Below are positions 9,977-18,633 of a stretch of DNA of 64,000 nt, piece after piece; positions within the stretch are counted from its first letter, which is position 1; every line of letters starts with the position of its first letter. The notes below the pieces were generated by a model, which worked only from the letters and a program-made list of their open reading frames with translations, searched no databases and was not told the DNA's origin. The position numbers and the translations under genes are program-made. The stretch lies in contig USCB01000001.1 in NCBI GenBank assembly GCA_900553125.1, positions 69,088-133,087 on the forward strand, given 5' to 3'. This stretch comes from an uncultured Clostridium sp. (GTDB taxonomy: Bacteria; Bacillota; Clostridia; TANB77; CAG-508).

Positions 9977-10334
9977 TGAAAATAAGAAAGTAGGAAATAT
10001 TGGCGAGGAAATTAGTTGTAATTTTTTAGAACAAAGAAATTATGAAATTTTAGAGAGAAATTTTAGCTGGAAATATGGTGAAATAGATATAATTGCAAAA
10101 GATAAGGATGAATATGTGTTTATTGAAGTGAAAACTAGAAGTAATTTATGTTATGGAAAACCAAGAGAAGCGGTTAATTCATTTAAGAAAAAGAGAATTT
10201 ACAAAACAGCAAAATATTATTTATATAAAAAACATTTAGAAAATGAATATATAAGATTTGATGTGATAGAGGTTTACATACAAAAAAATAAATACAAAAT
10301 AAATTATTTGAAAAATGTTGACATAAATTATTGA
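9942..10334 (+). CDS. YraN-family (UPF0102) endonuclease-like protein
   Basis: GEEISCNFLEQRNYEILERNF..YGEIDIIAKDKDEYVFIEVKTR. The true start may be the GTG at 9963. Confidence 0.8.
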   Translation: MEINILEVIFISENKKVGNIGEEISCNFLEQRNYEILERNFSWKYGEIDIIAKDKDEYVFIEVKTRSNLCYGKPREAVNSFKKKRIYKTAKYYLYKKHLENEYIRFDVIEVYIQKNKYKINYLKNVDINY

Positions 10335-10372
10335 TTAAATATGAAAAATATAGTAAAATACTTCATAGAGGT

Positions 10373-11245
10373 ATGAAAATGAGTGTTTTAGAAGAAACAA
10401 AATTTTTAATGAAAAAATATAAAATAAAAGCCAATAAAAGTTTAGGTCAAAATTTTTTAATAGATGATACTGTAATAGAAGATATTGTAAATGGTGCTAA
10501 AATAGAGCCAGAAGATTTAGTAATAGAAATAGGTCCAGGATTGGGAAGTATGACAGCTTTATTATTAGAAAAAGCAAAAAAAGTATTATGCGTAGAATTA
10601 GATAAAAAAATGGTAAATATTTTAATAGATAGATTTAAAATATATAAAAACTTTGAAATTATAAATGAAGACATATTAAAAATAGACTTAAAAAAGATAA
10701 TAGAAAAGGAAAAACAAGAAAATCAAATAAAAAACGTAAAAATAGTTGCAAATTTACCATATTATATAACAACACCTATAATAATGAGGCTTTTAGAAGA
10801 AAATTTGGATATAGATAGTATAACTGTAATGATACAAAAAGAAGTTGCAGATAGGCTTATAGAAACACCTGGAGGAAAAAATACAGGAGCAATTACATAC
10901 ACAGTTTATTATTATTGTAGCTCAGAAAAAATAAGAGAAGTAGAAAATACAGCATTTGTGCCAATGCCAGAGGTTACATCTGAGGTTATTAATTTAAAAT
11001 TAAGAAAATCACCGGCAGTTGATGTAAAAAATAAAAAAGTATTTTTCAATATAATAAAAAGTGCTTTTATGCAGAGAAGAAAAACATTATTAAATGGATT
11101 GGTAAATACAGGAGTTTTTAAGAATAAGGAAGAGGGATTGGAAATTCTAAAAACTTTAAATCTTAAAGAAGATGTAAGAGCAGAAAATCTTACAATTGAA
11201 GATTTTTGGAGGATTTATAAGTTATTTTATGAGAAAATTAAATAA
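10373..11245 (+). CDS. rsmA: 16S rRNA (adenine1518/1519-N6)-dimethyltransferase RsmA/KsgA
   Basis: KSLGQNFLID, VIEIGPGLGSMT and ANLPYYITTPI motifs. Start is ATG 10373 or 10379 (GAGG upstream). Confidence 0.9.
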   Translation: MKMSVLEETKFLMKKYKIKANKSLGQNFLIDDTVIEDIVNGAKIEPEDLVIEIGPGLGSMTALLLEKAKKVLCVELDKKMVNILIDRFKIYKNFEIINEDILKIDLKKIIEKEKQENQIKNVKIVANLPYYITTPIIMRLLEENLDIDSITVMIQKEVADRLIETPGGKNTGAITYTVYYYCSSEKIREVENTAFVPMPEVTSEVINLKLRKSPAVDVKNKKVFFNIIKSAFMQRRKTLLNGLVNTGVFKNKEEGLEILKTLNLKEDVRAENLTIEDFWRIYKLFYEKIK

Positions 11246-11327
11246 TTTATATCGAATATTTAATAAAACTATTTAAATTTAACTGAAAAAATGATATAAT
11301 AATTCAAAATTGAGTAAGGAGGTATAT

Positions 11328-12068
11328 ATGAATCAAATTTTAATAACAGAAAAATTATATATAACTCCAGAATTAAAGAGAAAAAAGAAAATGTATAAAG
11401 TTAATTTTATAATTTCAATAATATTAATAGTTATACTATTTTCATTTTATGCATATGCAGAATACGATAGAAATAAAAGTGAAGGATTGTCACAAGATAT
11501 ATTATCGGAGATTAGTAATGATGACACAACAATGAGTCGAAATAATGATACATGGATTATAGCATTAGATGGAAACGATGAAGATAATGTTGTAATAAGT
11601 GAAGATAGCGAATTTGGAAACGTGGAAGAAACATTAGGTTCAGGCGGAACAGATACATATACGGCATCAGATGGAAAAAAATATACAACTGTAGGAATGA
11701 TAAATATACCATCAATAAATGTTAATTATCCAATTTTATCAAAAACGACAGATAGTTTACTAAAAGTTTCTGTATGTAAATTCTGGGGAAGTGACCCAAA
11801 TCAAGTTGGAAACTTATGTATTGCAGGACATAACTATAGAAATAAAAGATTTTTCAGTAAAGTTCCAACTTTAACAGTAGGGGACATTATAGAAATAACA
11901 GATGTAAATAAGAAAACACTAAAATATTCAGTTTATGACAAATATACTGTCGACCCAGAAGATACAAGTTGTACAAGTCAGATAACAAATGGAAAGAAAA
12001 TTGTAACATTAATAACTTGTACAAATGATAGTAAACAAAGAGTAATTGTTAAAGCAGAGGCAATATAA
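11328..12068 (+). CDS. sortase-family transpeptidase
   Basis: N-terminal TM anchor, catalytic His (IAGHNYRN), Cys (TLITCT) and Arg (RVIVKA). AAGGAGG lies 6 nt before ATG 11328. Confidence 0.8.
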   Translation: MNQILITEKLYITPELKRKKKMYKVNFIISIILIVILFSFYAYAEYDRNKSEGLSQDILSEISNDDTTMSRNNDTWIIALDGNDEDNVVISEDSEFGNVEETLGSGGTDTYTASDGKKYTTVGMINIPSINVNYPILSKTTDSLLKVSVCKFWGSDPNQVGNLCIAGHNYRNKRFFSKVPTLTVGDIIEITDVNKKTLKYSVYDKYTVDPEDTSCTSQITNGKKIVTLITCTNDSKQRVIVKAEAI

Positions 12069-12070
12069 AA

Positions 12071-12110
12071 AATATCTTTTCGAATAATATAAAAAATTCG
12101 AAAAGATATT
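12071..12110. terminator. bidirectional terminator
   Basis: 15-bp perfect arms AATATCTTTTCGAAT / ATTCGAAAAGATATT followed by a T-run. Confidence 0.75.
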
Positions 12111-12124
12111 TATTTTTGGATAAA

Positions 12125-12361
12125 TTAATCTTGTTCAACTTCGTTAAAAATTGGGTCACTGAAGAATTCGATTAAAGTTATGTTGAAACCTTCGCAAACA
12201 TGTAGCAAAGTATCCAATTTTAAAAGTTCTGTTGTTCCGTTCATAAAAGAACATAAAGTAGAACGTGGAATTCCAGAAGCTTTAAACAATGCCCAAATAG
12301 ACATGTTATTTTTATCTAAATAATAACGCATACGTGTGCGTATAGCATCTGCTAAAGTCAT
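12125..12361 (-). CDS. XRE-family helix-turn-helix transcriptional regulator (small)
   Basis: HTH_3-like core (MSIWALFKASGIPRSTLCSFMNG). ATG at 12361 follows GAGGTG. Confidence 0.75.
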   Translation of the reverse strand: MTLADAIRTRMRYYLDKNNMSIWALFKASGIPRSTLCSFMNGTTELLKLDTLLHVCEGFNITLIEFFSDPIFNEVEQD

Positions 12362-12515
12362 ATAAATCACCTCTATTTTTTTATAAAAAGTATAACAAGA
12401 AAAATGTCGAAAATAGTCTATTTAACCGGACTTGAGGGTACTTTTTGTACACAAAATAGATTTGTTTTATATTAGTTTTGACAAAAAAATAATAAATATT
12501 CAAAGGAATGATTAA

Positions 12516-13757
12516 GTGAAAAGAGTTGTAATAATAGGAGCTGGAGCATCAGGATTGATAAGTTCAATTTTTGCCAGAAAAAATAAAAATGATGTTACAG
12601 TGTTGGAAAAAAATGAAATATGTGGTAAAAAAATTTTAATGACAGGAAATGGAAGATGTAATTTTTGGAATGAGGATCAAAACTTAGTGCATTATAGGAG
12701 TAATAATTTTGAGAAAATAGAAAAAATCCTAAATAAAAATAATCAAATAAAAATTCTTGATTTTTTTAAAAAAATAGGAATCGAACCAAAGATAAAAAAT
12801 GGGTATTATTATCCTTATTCTAATCAGGCAGTAAGTATACAGCAAGCACTAATTTTAGAGGCTCAAAAACAAGGTGTTAAAATCAGAAATAAATCAAATG
12901 TGATTGATGTAGAGAAAAATAAAAATGAATTTGAAATTTTTTTAGAAAATGGCGAAAAAATAAAATCCGATGTTGTGATTATAGCTACAGGTTCTAAAGC
13001 AATACCTAAAACAGGTTCAGACGGTTTGGGGTATGAATTATGTAGAAAATTTAATCATTCGATTATAAAGCCATTGCCAGCTCTAGTTCAACTAAAAACG
13101 GGTGGAAAATTTTTGAAGGAGTGGGCTGGTATAAGAGCTGATGTTTCAATAGGTTTGATTGAAAATAATAAAAAAATAGCAGAGGAAAAGGGGGAAATTC
13201 AGCTTACTAATTATGGAATAAGTGGTATATGTGTATTCAATTTAAGTGGTAGAGTTTCAAGAGGATTAGAAGAAAATAAAAAAGAAAAAGTTCAAATTAA
13301 TTTTTTGAAAGGTTTAAATATAAAAACTTTAGATGAATTTATCATCTGGCTGGATAATAGAGATGAAGTCATGAAAAATAGGACTATATATCAATTGTTA
13401 GAAGGTGTACTTAATTATAAACTTGTAAATGTTTTATTAAAATTATCCAAAGTAAGAAGTCAAGATAAATGGAAAGATATTGATAATAATTTAAAAATTG
13501 CGATTGCTAAAAATATTGTTAGTTTGGAATTAGATATAATAGGGACAAATTCATTTGAACAATGTCAAGTTTGTTCAGGTGGAGTTCCATTATGTGAGAT
13601 AAATGAGTATACAATGGAATCTAAAAAAGAAAATGGATTATATATAATAGGTGAGGTTTTAGATGTAGATGGTGATTGCGGAGGATATAACCTAGAATGG
13701 GCATGGATTACAGGCATGGTTTCAGGAACCAATATACAAATTACAGATAAATTATAG
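12516..13757 (+). CDS. HI0933/BaiN-type NAD(P)/FAD-dependent oxidoreductase
   Basis: N-terminal VVIIGAGASGL dinucleotide fold, GRCNFWN motif and C-terminal GGYNLEWAW.TG motif. Confidence 0.85.
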   Translation: MKRVVIIGAGASGLISSIFARKNKNDVTVLEKNEICGKKILMTGNGRCNFWNEDQNLVHYRSNNFEKIEKILNKNNQIKILDFFKKIGIEPKIKNGYYYPYSNQAVSIQQALILEAQKQGVKIRNKSNVIDVEKNKNEFEIFLENGEKIKSDVVIIATGSKAIPKTGSDGLGYELCRKFNHSIIKPLPALVQLKTGGKFLKEWAGIRADVSIGLIENNKKIAEEKGEIQLTNYGISGICVFNLSGRVSRGLEENKKEKVQINFLKGLNIKTLDEFIIWLDNRDEVMKNRTIYQLLEGVLNYKLVNVLLKLSKVRSQDKWKDIDNNLKIAIAKNIVSLELDIIGTNSFEQCQVCSGGVPLCEINEYTMESKKENGLYIIGEVLDVDGDCGGYNLEWAWITGMVSGTNIQITDKL

Positions 13758-13832
13758 GTTATAGGTTGCCTTTCTAACCTAAATATTTTTATAAAAGGAG
13801 TGCATGATTATAAAAATCATGTGAATGAATTA

Positions 13833-15422
13833 ATGATTAGACTAAGACAGATAAATTTAAATGTAAATTCAGAAGAATCTGATATTATAGAAAAATGTGC
13901 CAAAAAATTAAAAATAGATGTAGAAAAAATAAAGAATTATAAAATAATAAAAAAATCAATAGATGCTAGAAATAAGAGTGAAATTCTATATTGTTATGAA
14001 CTTAATATAGAATTAAAAGATAAAAAGATAGAAAAAGAAGTTCTAAAAAAAGCAAACTCCAAAGATATTTTTGAAGCACCTATAGAAGAATATGTATTTG
14101 AAGAATTAAATTTGAAAAAACTAGATTACAGGCCAGTAATTGTAGGTTCTGGACCTGCCGGACTATTTACAGCATATATGCTTGCAAAAAATGGTTTAAA
14201 ACCTTTGATTTTAGAAAGAGGAGATGAGATAAATAAAAGAGTAAAAAAGGTAGAACAATTTTGGGATAAAGGTGTTCTTGATACAGAATCAAATGTACAA
14301 TTTGGAGAAGGTGGAGCTGGTACTTTTTCAGATGGCAAGTTAAATACTTTAGTTAAAGATAAAAAATATAGAAATAAAAGGGTGTTAGAAATATTTGTGG
14401 AAATGGGAGCACCTGAGGAGATTTTATATTTGAATAAGCCTCATATAGGAACTGATTTATTAAGAAATGTAATAATCAATTTAAGAAATAAAATAATTGA
14501 AATGGGTGGAGAAATAAAATATAATTCTTGTTTAACTAATATAGATATACAAGATGAGAAGATGAAAAGTATAGAAATAAATAACCAACAAAAAATTGAA
14601 ACAAACATATTAGTTTTAGCAATAGGTCATAGTGCAAGAGATACATTTAAAATGTTAAATGAAAATAAGGTTTCTATGGAGCCTAAGCCATTTGCGGTAG
14701 GTGTTCGAGTTCAACATCCACAGGATATGATAAATACATCACAATATGGTGAATTTAAGAGTATGCTTTTACCTGCATCATATAAATTAACATATCATTC
14801 TAATAATGGAAGAGGTGTATATTCATTTTGTATGTGTCCAGGGGGATATGTAGTTAATTCATCATCTGAAAAAGGGAGGCTTGCAATAAATGGTATGAGT
14901 AATCATAAAAGAGATTCAGAAAATGCGAATTCTGCAATTGTTGTTACTGTTACACCAAATGATTTCGATAATGAACTTTTTGGAGGTTTAAGATTTCAGG
15001 AAAAATTAGAAGAAAAAGCTTATATAGTAGGTGATGGAAAGATACCTGTTCAGCTACTAGGAGATTTTATGAAAAATAAAAATACAGAAGATTTTGGAAA
15101 AGTTAAGCCAGTGTTTAAAGGAGAATATAAATTTTCAAATTTACAAGAAATATTTCCAAAATTTATGGTTGAATCTTTAAAAGAGGCTTTTGGAGATTTT
15201 GACAAAAAAATCAAAGGATTTGCTAGAAAAGATGCAATTATTGCGGCAATAGAAACTAGAACATCATCTCCTGTTAGAATATTAAGAAATACAGATGGAC
15301 AAAGTAATATAAAAGGAATATATCCAGCAGGAGAAGGCGCTGGGTATGCTGGTGGAATAATGTCAGCTGCGATGGACGGAATAAAAACGGCAGAAAAAAT
15401 AATGTATTTACTTTCACAATAA
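13833..15422 (+). CDS. FAD-dependent protein (COG2509-type)
   Basis: MIRLRQINL... N-terminus typical of the family, VIVGSGPAGLFTAYMLAKNG, GEGGAGTFSDGKL and C-terminal GEGAGYAGGIMSAAMDG. Confidence 0.8.
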   Translation: MIRLRQINLNVNSEESDIIEKCAKKLKIDVEKIKNYKIIKKSIDARNKSEILYCYELNIELKDKKIEKEVLKKANSKDIFEAPIEEYVFEELNLKKLDYRPVIVGSGPAGLFTAYMLAKNGLKPLILERGDEINKRVKKVEQFWDKGVLDTESNVQFGEGGAGTFSDGKLNTLVKDKKYRNKRVLEIFVEMGAPEEILYLNKPHIGTDLLRNVIINLRNKIIEMGGEIKYNSCLTNIDIQDEKMKSIEINNQQKIETNILVLAIGHSARDTFKMLNENKVSMEPKPFAVGVRVQHPQDMINTSQYGEFKSMLLPASYKLTYHSNNGRGVYSFCMCPGGYVVNSSSEKGRLAINGMSNHKRDSENANSAIVVTVTPNDFDNELFGGLRFQEKLEEKAYIVGDGKIPVQLLGDFMKNKNTEDFGKVKPVFKGEYKFSNLQEIFPKFMVESLKEAFGDFDKKIKGFARKDAIIAAIETRTSSPVRILRNTDGQSNIKGIYPAGEGAGYAGGIMSAAMDGIKTAEKIMYLLSQ

Positions 15423-15430
15423 ATGGTGTT

Positions 15431-15454
15431 AGAGGCTATAATATTATAGCCTCT
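15431..15454. terminator. bidirectional palindromic terminator
   Basis: Perfect 24-nt palindrome AGAGGCTATAATATTATAGCCTCT between convergent genes. Confidence 0.7.
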
Positions 15455-15483
15455 TTAGCGAATTTCAAGAAAAATAAAGAGAG

Positions 15484-15837
15484 TTATTTTCTATTAAGTA
15501 CAAAGGCTAATTCTTTAAGCATATCAAGTGCCCACATAAGTTCTTTTTCATCATATTTTTGTAAGAAAATTCTGGTTGTATTTAAAATATTGTCATCTAA
15601 TCCGAAAAGTATGTAATCTGTGGTATGACCGGAAATATCTCTAAGTAGTTTTATACTTCTATAGGTTAAGTTACTCTTGCCTTCTTCAACAAGTCCAAGA
15701 AATTGACTTGATATTCCAATCTTTTTAGCTAAATCTGTTTTGTTTAGTCGAAGTTCATTTTCTCTGATATTTTTAATTCTTTTACCTCTCAATATTTGTT
15801 CTTGTTTTTCAGCACTAACATCAAAATTTTTACTCAT
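15484..15837 (-). CDS. XRE-family HTH transcriptional regulator
   Basis: HTH core LNKTDLAKKIGISSQFLGLVEEGKSNL. Divergent from the Spo0A-like regulator gene. Confidence 0.75.
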   Translation of the reverse strand: MSKNFDVSAEKQEQILRGKRIKNIRENELRLNKTDLAKKIGISSQFLGLVEEGKSNLTYRSIKLLRDISGHTTDYILFGLDDNILNTTRIFLQKYDEKELMWALDMLKELAFVLNRK

Positions 15838-15965
15838 AAATATCCCCCCTTTATTTAATTTTACAACATAATAAACACAAAATGTTGGTGAAAAATAATG
15901 TGTACATATAGTAAAACGTGAGATTTTATGGTATAAAAATAAAAAACAAAAGAGGGGGACTATTT

Positions 15966-16754
15966 ATGGAAAATAAACCTATGAAAATTTTAATTATAGA
16001 AGATGATATTAATGATTGTAACTCATTTAAGGAATGTGAGAAGAAAAGAGATGATATTGAAATAGTTGCAATGACTGATTCAGATGTGGAAGGCTTAAAG
16101 CTTGTAAAAGCAAAAAGACCTGAAGGAATAATACTTGATTTAGAACTTAATAATAGTTCTAATGGAAGTATTGATTCTCTGAATTTTGTGACTAATTTAA
16201 AGAAATTGAATTTGAATTATGAACCTATAGTAATAGTAACAACTCATGTAAATTCAAAAAGAACCTATGAAATTTTACATAGGGATGGTGTGGATATGAT
16301 ACTTTATAAGGATAATCCTAAGTATTCTAGTGACCATGTATTGAATAATTTTATTAATTTGAGAAAGACGGAGAATTTTGCGACAAAGCTTTCTATTGAA
16401 GAGGTTTTGGCAGATGAGAAAAATAGAATTTTGAATATTTTGAATGATGAAATGGAGTTAATTGGTGTGACTTCTAAATTGAAAGGTAGGGATTATATTC
16501 AAGATGCTATATTGTTCTTGATTCAGGAAGAGGGCAGTAATATGAATGTTATTCAGTATTTGGTTAATAAGTATAAGAAATCTAGTACTACTATTACCAA
16601 TGGGATTCAAAATGCGATTATTCGTGCATGGAGAGTTACGCCTCCAGATGATTTGGAGAAGTATTATACTGCTAGAGTGAATTATGAAACTGGTGTGCCA
16701 ACTCCGATGGAGTTTATATATTATTATGTTAATAAAATAAAGATGAAATTGTAA
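15966..16754 (+). CDS. response regulator with Spo0A_C-type DNA-binding domain (Spo0A paralog, not canonical Spo0A)
   Basis: Receiver domain (KILIIEDD..., IILDLEL). The C-terminus aligns with the Spo0A effector domain (ELIGVTSKLKGRDYIQDAILFL; ...TNGIQNAIIRAW...; PTPMEFIYYYVNKI versus Spo0A PTNSEFIAMVADKL). Confidence 0.75.
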   Translation: MENKPMKILIIEDDINDCNSFKECEKKRDDIEIVAMTDSDVEGLKLVKAKRPEGIILDLELNNSSNGSIDSLNFVTNLKKLNLNYEPIVIVTTHVNSKRTYEILHRDGVDMILYKDNPKYSSDHVLNNFINLRKTENFATKLSIEEVLADEKNRILNILNDEMELIGVTSKLKGRDYIQDAILFLIQEEGSNMNVIQYLVNKYKKSSTTITNGIQNAIIRAWRVTPPDDLEKYYTARVNYETGVPTPMEFIYYYVNKIKMKL

Positions 16755-16770
16755 TTTTTTTGAAGATTTT

Positions 16771-16810
16771 AAAAAGAGAACGTTCAACCGAATGAACGTT
16801 CTCTTTTTTT
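16771..16810 (+). terminator. Rho-independent terminator after the Spo0A-like gene
   Basis: 16-bp stem AAAAAGAGAACGTTCA / TGAACGTTCTCTTTTT plus a T-run. Confidence 0.8.
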
Positions 16811-16930
16811 ACCATTTTTTGTGTTTTTTTGCCATTTTTTTTTATCACGAAATACCGCTAGATTTAGCACTTTTGGTGGTATTTTTATATTACAGATTTG
16901 AACATGTGATGAAGAAAGGTGGTGGGGGAA

Positions 16931-16978
16931 ATGGATTGGTATGAAGAAATGATACGTTGGATAAAAAAATGGTTATAA
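16931..16978 (+). CDS. 15-codon ORF MDWYEEMIRWIKKWL (candidate small regulatory or signalling peptide)
   Basis: ATG preceded by AAAGGTGGTGGGGG. It sits alone between two strong terminators (16771-16810 and 16986-17025), with a possible TTAGCA-16-TATATT promoter upstream. The peptide is Trp-rich and amphipathic. Confidence 0.4.
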   Translation: MDWYEEMIRWIKKWL

Positions 16979-16985
16979 GAATTAG

Positions 16986-17025
16986 AAAAGATGAAATGTT
17001 TATTGGCATTTCATCTTTTTATTAT
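16986..17025 (+). terminator. Rho-independent terminator after the 15-codon ORF
   Basis: 13-bp perfect stem AAAAGATGAAATG / CATTTCATCTTTT, 8-nt loop, T-rich tail. Confidence 0.75.
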
Positions 17026-17095
17026 TATGAAAACTTTTTTTCTTGAATTTGATTAAAATTTAATATATAATTCGAATAAAGGTGGTGAATTTTTT

Positions 17096-18514
17096 ATGAG
17101 CAATTTAAATTTTATATTTGAAAATAGCAAAACAGAAGTAATATTAAATGGGATAAAATTGATTATGATGACAATGTTTATTTATTATACAAATTTTAAA
17201 ATTATAAATAAGAAATTAGAGGTTAATATATTTAGATTTTTAGAAATTATTTTAATTGCCATAATAAGTCTAATATTTAAACTTAAGGTAAGTTTTGAAA
17301 CAGAAATAATATTTTTGTTATTTATGATAAGTATGTTATTTTCACGTTACAAAGTTAATAATACGGTAACAGTTACTATAATATCATTTGTGATAAATTA
17401 TAGTATATTGATAGCAGCATCCATTTTAAATTTTGTATTGAACAAAATAATATTGATAAACAATGATTATATAAACTTATTAACTATAATTTTGTTTCAA
17501 ATTATATTATTATATAAAGTTCTGAATACAAAAAGATTTAAGAATGGAGTTTATTTTATAAAGGATGATACTAAAAATGATTATATGGATGTGTTAGTAC
17601 TAAATATCTGTATTATTTCAATATTTTCAATTATTTTATTGTCATTTGACAGTATAGAAATAAATATGAAAATATTTCCAATTTTAATTATTGGAATAAT
17701 AGCCTTAGTTATTACAGTTGGAAAAATTATTCAGTTATATTATAAACAAAAGTTACTAATAAACGATTTAAATGAAACAAAAGATGAGTTAGCTGCAAGA
17801 AATAAAGAGATAGAGAAATTAGAAAATGAAAATTTAAATTTTAGTAAGATTAGCCATTCATTAGCTCATAAACAAAAATCTTTAGAACATAAAATAGATG
17901 AATTATTATTAAATTCAGAAATTGCCGGAGAAATAGATGTAAGGGATAGATTAGAAGAAATATCAAAAAAATTATATAAAACACCAATTGTAAAATTGGA
18001 TAAAACCGGAATAACGCAAGTAGATGATATGTTGAATGTCATGCAATCTGAATGTATAAAGAATAATATTGAATTTGATTTGCAGATAATTGGAAATGTA
18101 TACCATATTATAAATAATATAGTTACTGTTGATGAGTTAGAAATTTTAATTGCTGACCATGTGAAAGATGCAATAATAGCTATAAATCATACAGATAATG
18201 TAAATAGAAGTATTTTAGTACGTTTAGGTAAGATTGATGACTGTTATGGATTGTACATTCATGATTCTGGTATTGAGTTTGAAAAGGAAACTTTGGAGAA
18301 ATTAGGAAAAGAACCTATTACTACACATAAGAGTGAAGGTGGTACAGGTATGGGATTTATGAATACTTTTGATACTCTTAAAAAGTGTAAAGGTAGTTTG
18401 ATTATTAATGAGATTGGTAAGCCATCTAAAGATAATTTTACGAAAATTGTTATGATAAGATTTGATGGAAAGAACGAATTTAGGGTGATTTCATATAGAG
18501 AAAATAACGATTGA
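17096..18514 (+). CDS. polytopic membrane sensor histidine kinase (GHKL ATPase)
   Basis: An N-terminal region of about 215 aa with multiple TM segments and a coiled-coil linker. Candidate H-box (FSKISHSLAHKQKSLE), N/G boxes (HVKDAIIA..., HDSGIEF, GGTGMGFMNTF). Confidence 0.75.
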   Translation: MSNLNFIFENSKTEVILNGIKLIMMTMFIYYTNFKIINKKLEVNIFRFLEIILIAIISLIFKLKVSFETEIIFLLFMISMLFSRYKVNNTVTVTIISFVINYSILIAASILNFVLNKIILINNDYINLLTIILFQIILLYKVLNTKRFKNGVYFIKDDTKNDYMDVLVLNICIISIFSIILLSFDSIEINMKIFPILIIGIIALVITVGKIIQLYYKQKLLINDLNETKDELAARNKEIEKLENENLNFSKISHSLAHKQKSLEHKIDELLLNSEIAGEIDVRDRLEEISKKLYKTPIVKLDKTGITQVDDMLNVMQSECIKNNIEFDLQIIGNVYHIINNIVTVDELEILIADHVKDAIIAINHTDNVNRSILVRLGKIDDCYGLYIHDSGIEFEKETLEKLGKEPITTHKSEGGTGMGFMNTFDTLKKCKGSLIINEIGKPSKDNFTKIVMIRFDGKNEFRVISYRENND

Positions 18515-18524
18515 AATATAAGAT

Positions 18525-18552
18525 TGTAATATAAATGTAAAGAAAATGTAAT
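18525..18552 (+). promoter_or_regulatory. three TGTAAW hexamers at exact 11-bp spacing (WalR-type TGTWAH-N5-TGTWAH pattern)
   Basis: TGTAAT (18525), TGTAAA (18536) and TGTAAT (18547), lying upstream of the putative adhesin promoter. Confidence 0.35.
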
Positions 18553-18573
18553 ATTTAATTCATATTATAATTG

Positions 18574-18602
18574 TTGAAAAAATATACATGATTTGCTATA
18601 CT
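18574..18602 (+). promoter_or_regulatory. putative sigma-A promoter of the adhesin gene
   Basis: TTGAAA (18574-18579), 17-nt spacer, TATACT (18597-18602). Confidence 0.4.
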
Positions 18603-18633
18603 AAAACTAGAATAAAAAAGAGAGGGATAAATT

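Noticed and set aside
13800-13832. GTG start at 13800 for the COG2509 FAD protein.
   Set aside because: The GTG overlaps the GGAG of the only RBS-like element. The family N-terminus (MIR...) begins at ATG 13833, although no good SD precedes that ATG, so the start remains uncertain.
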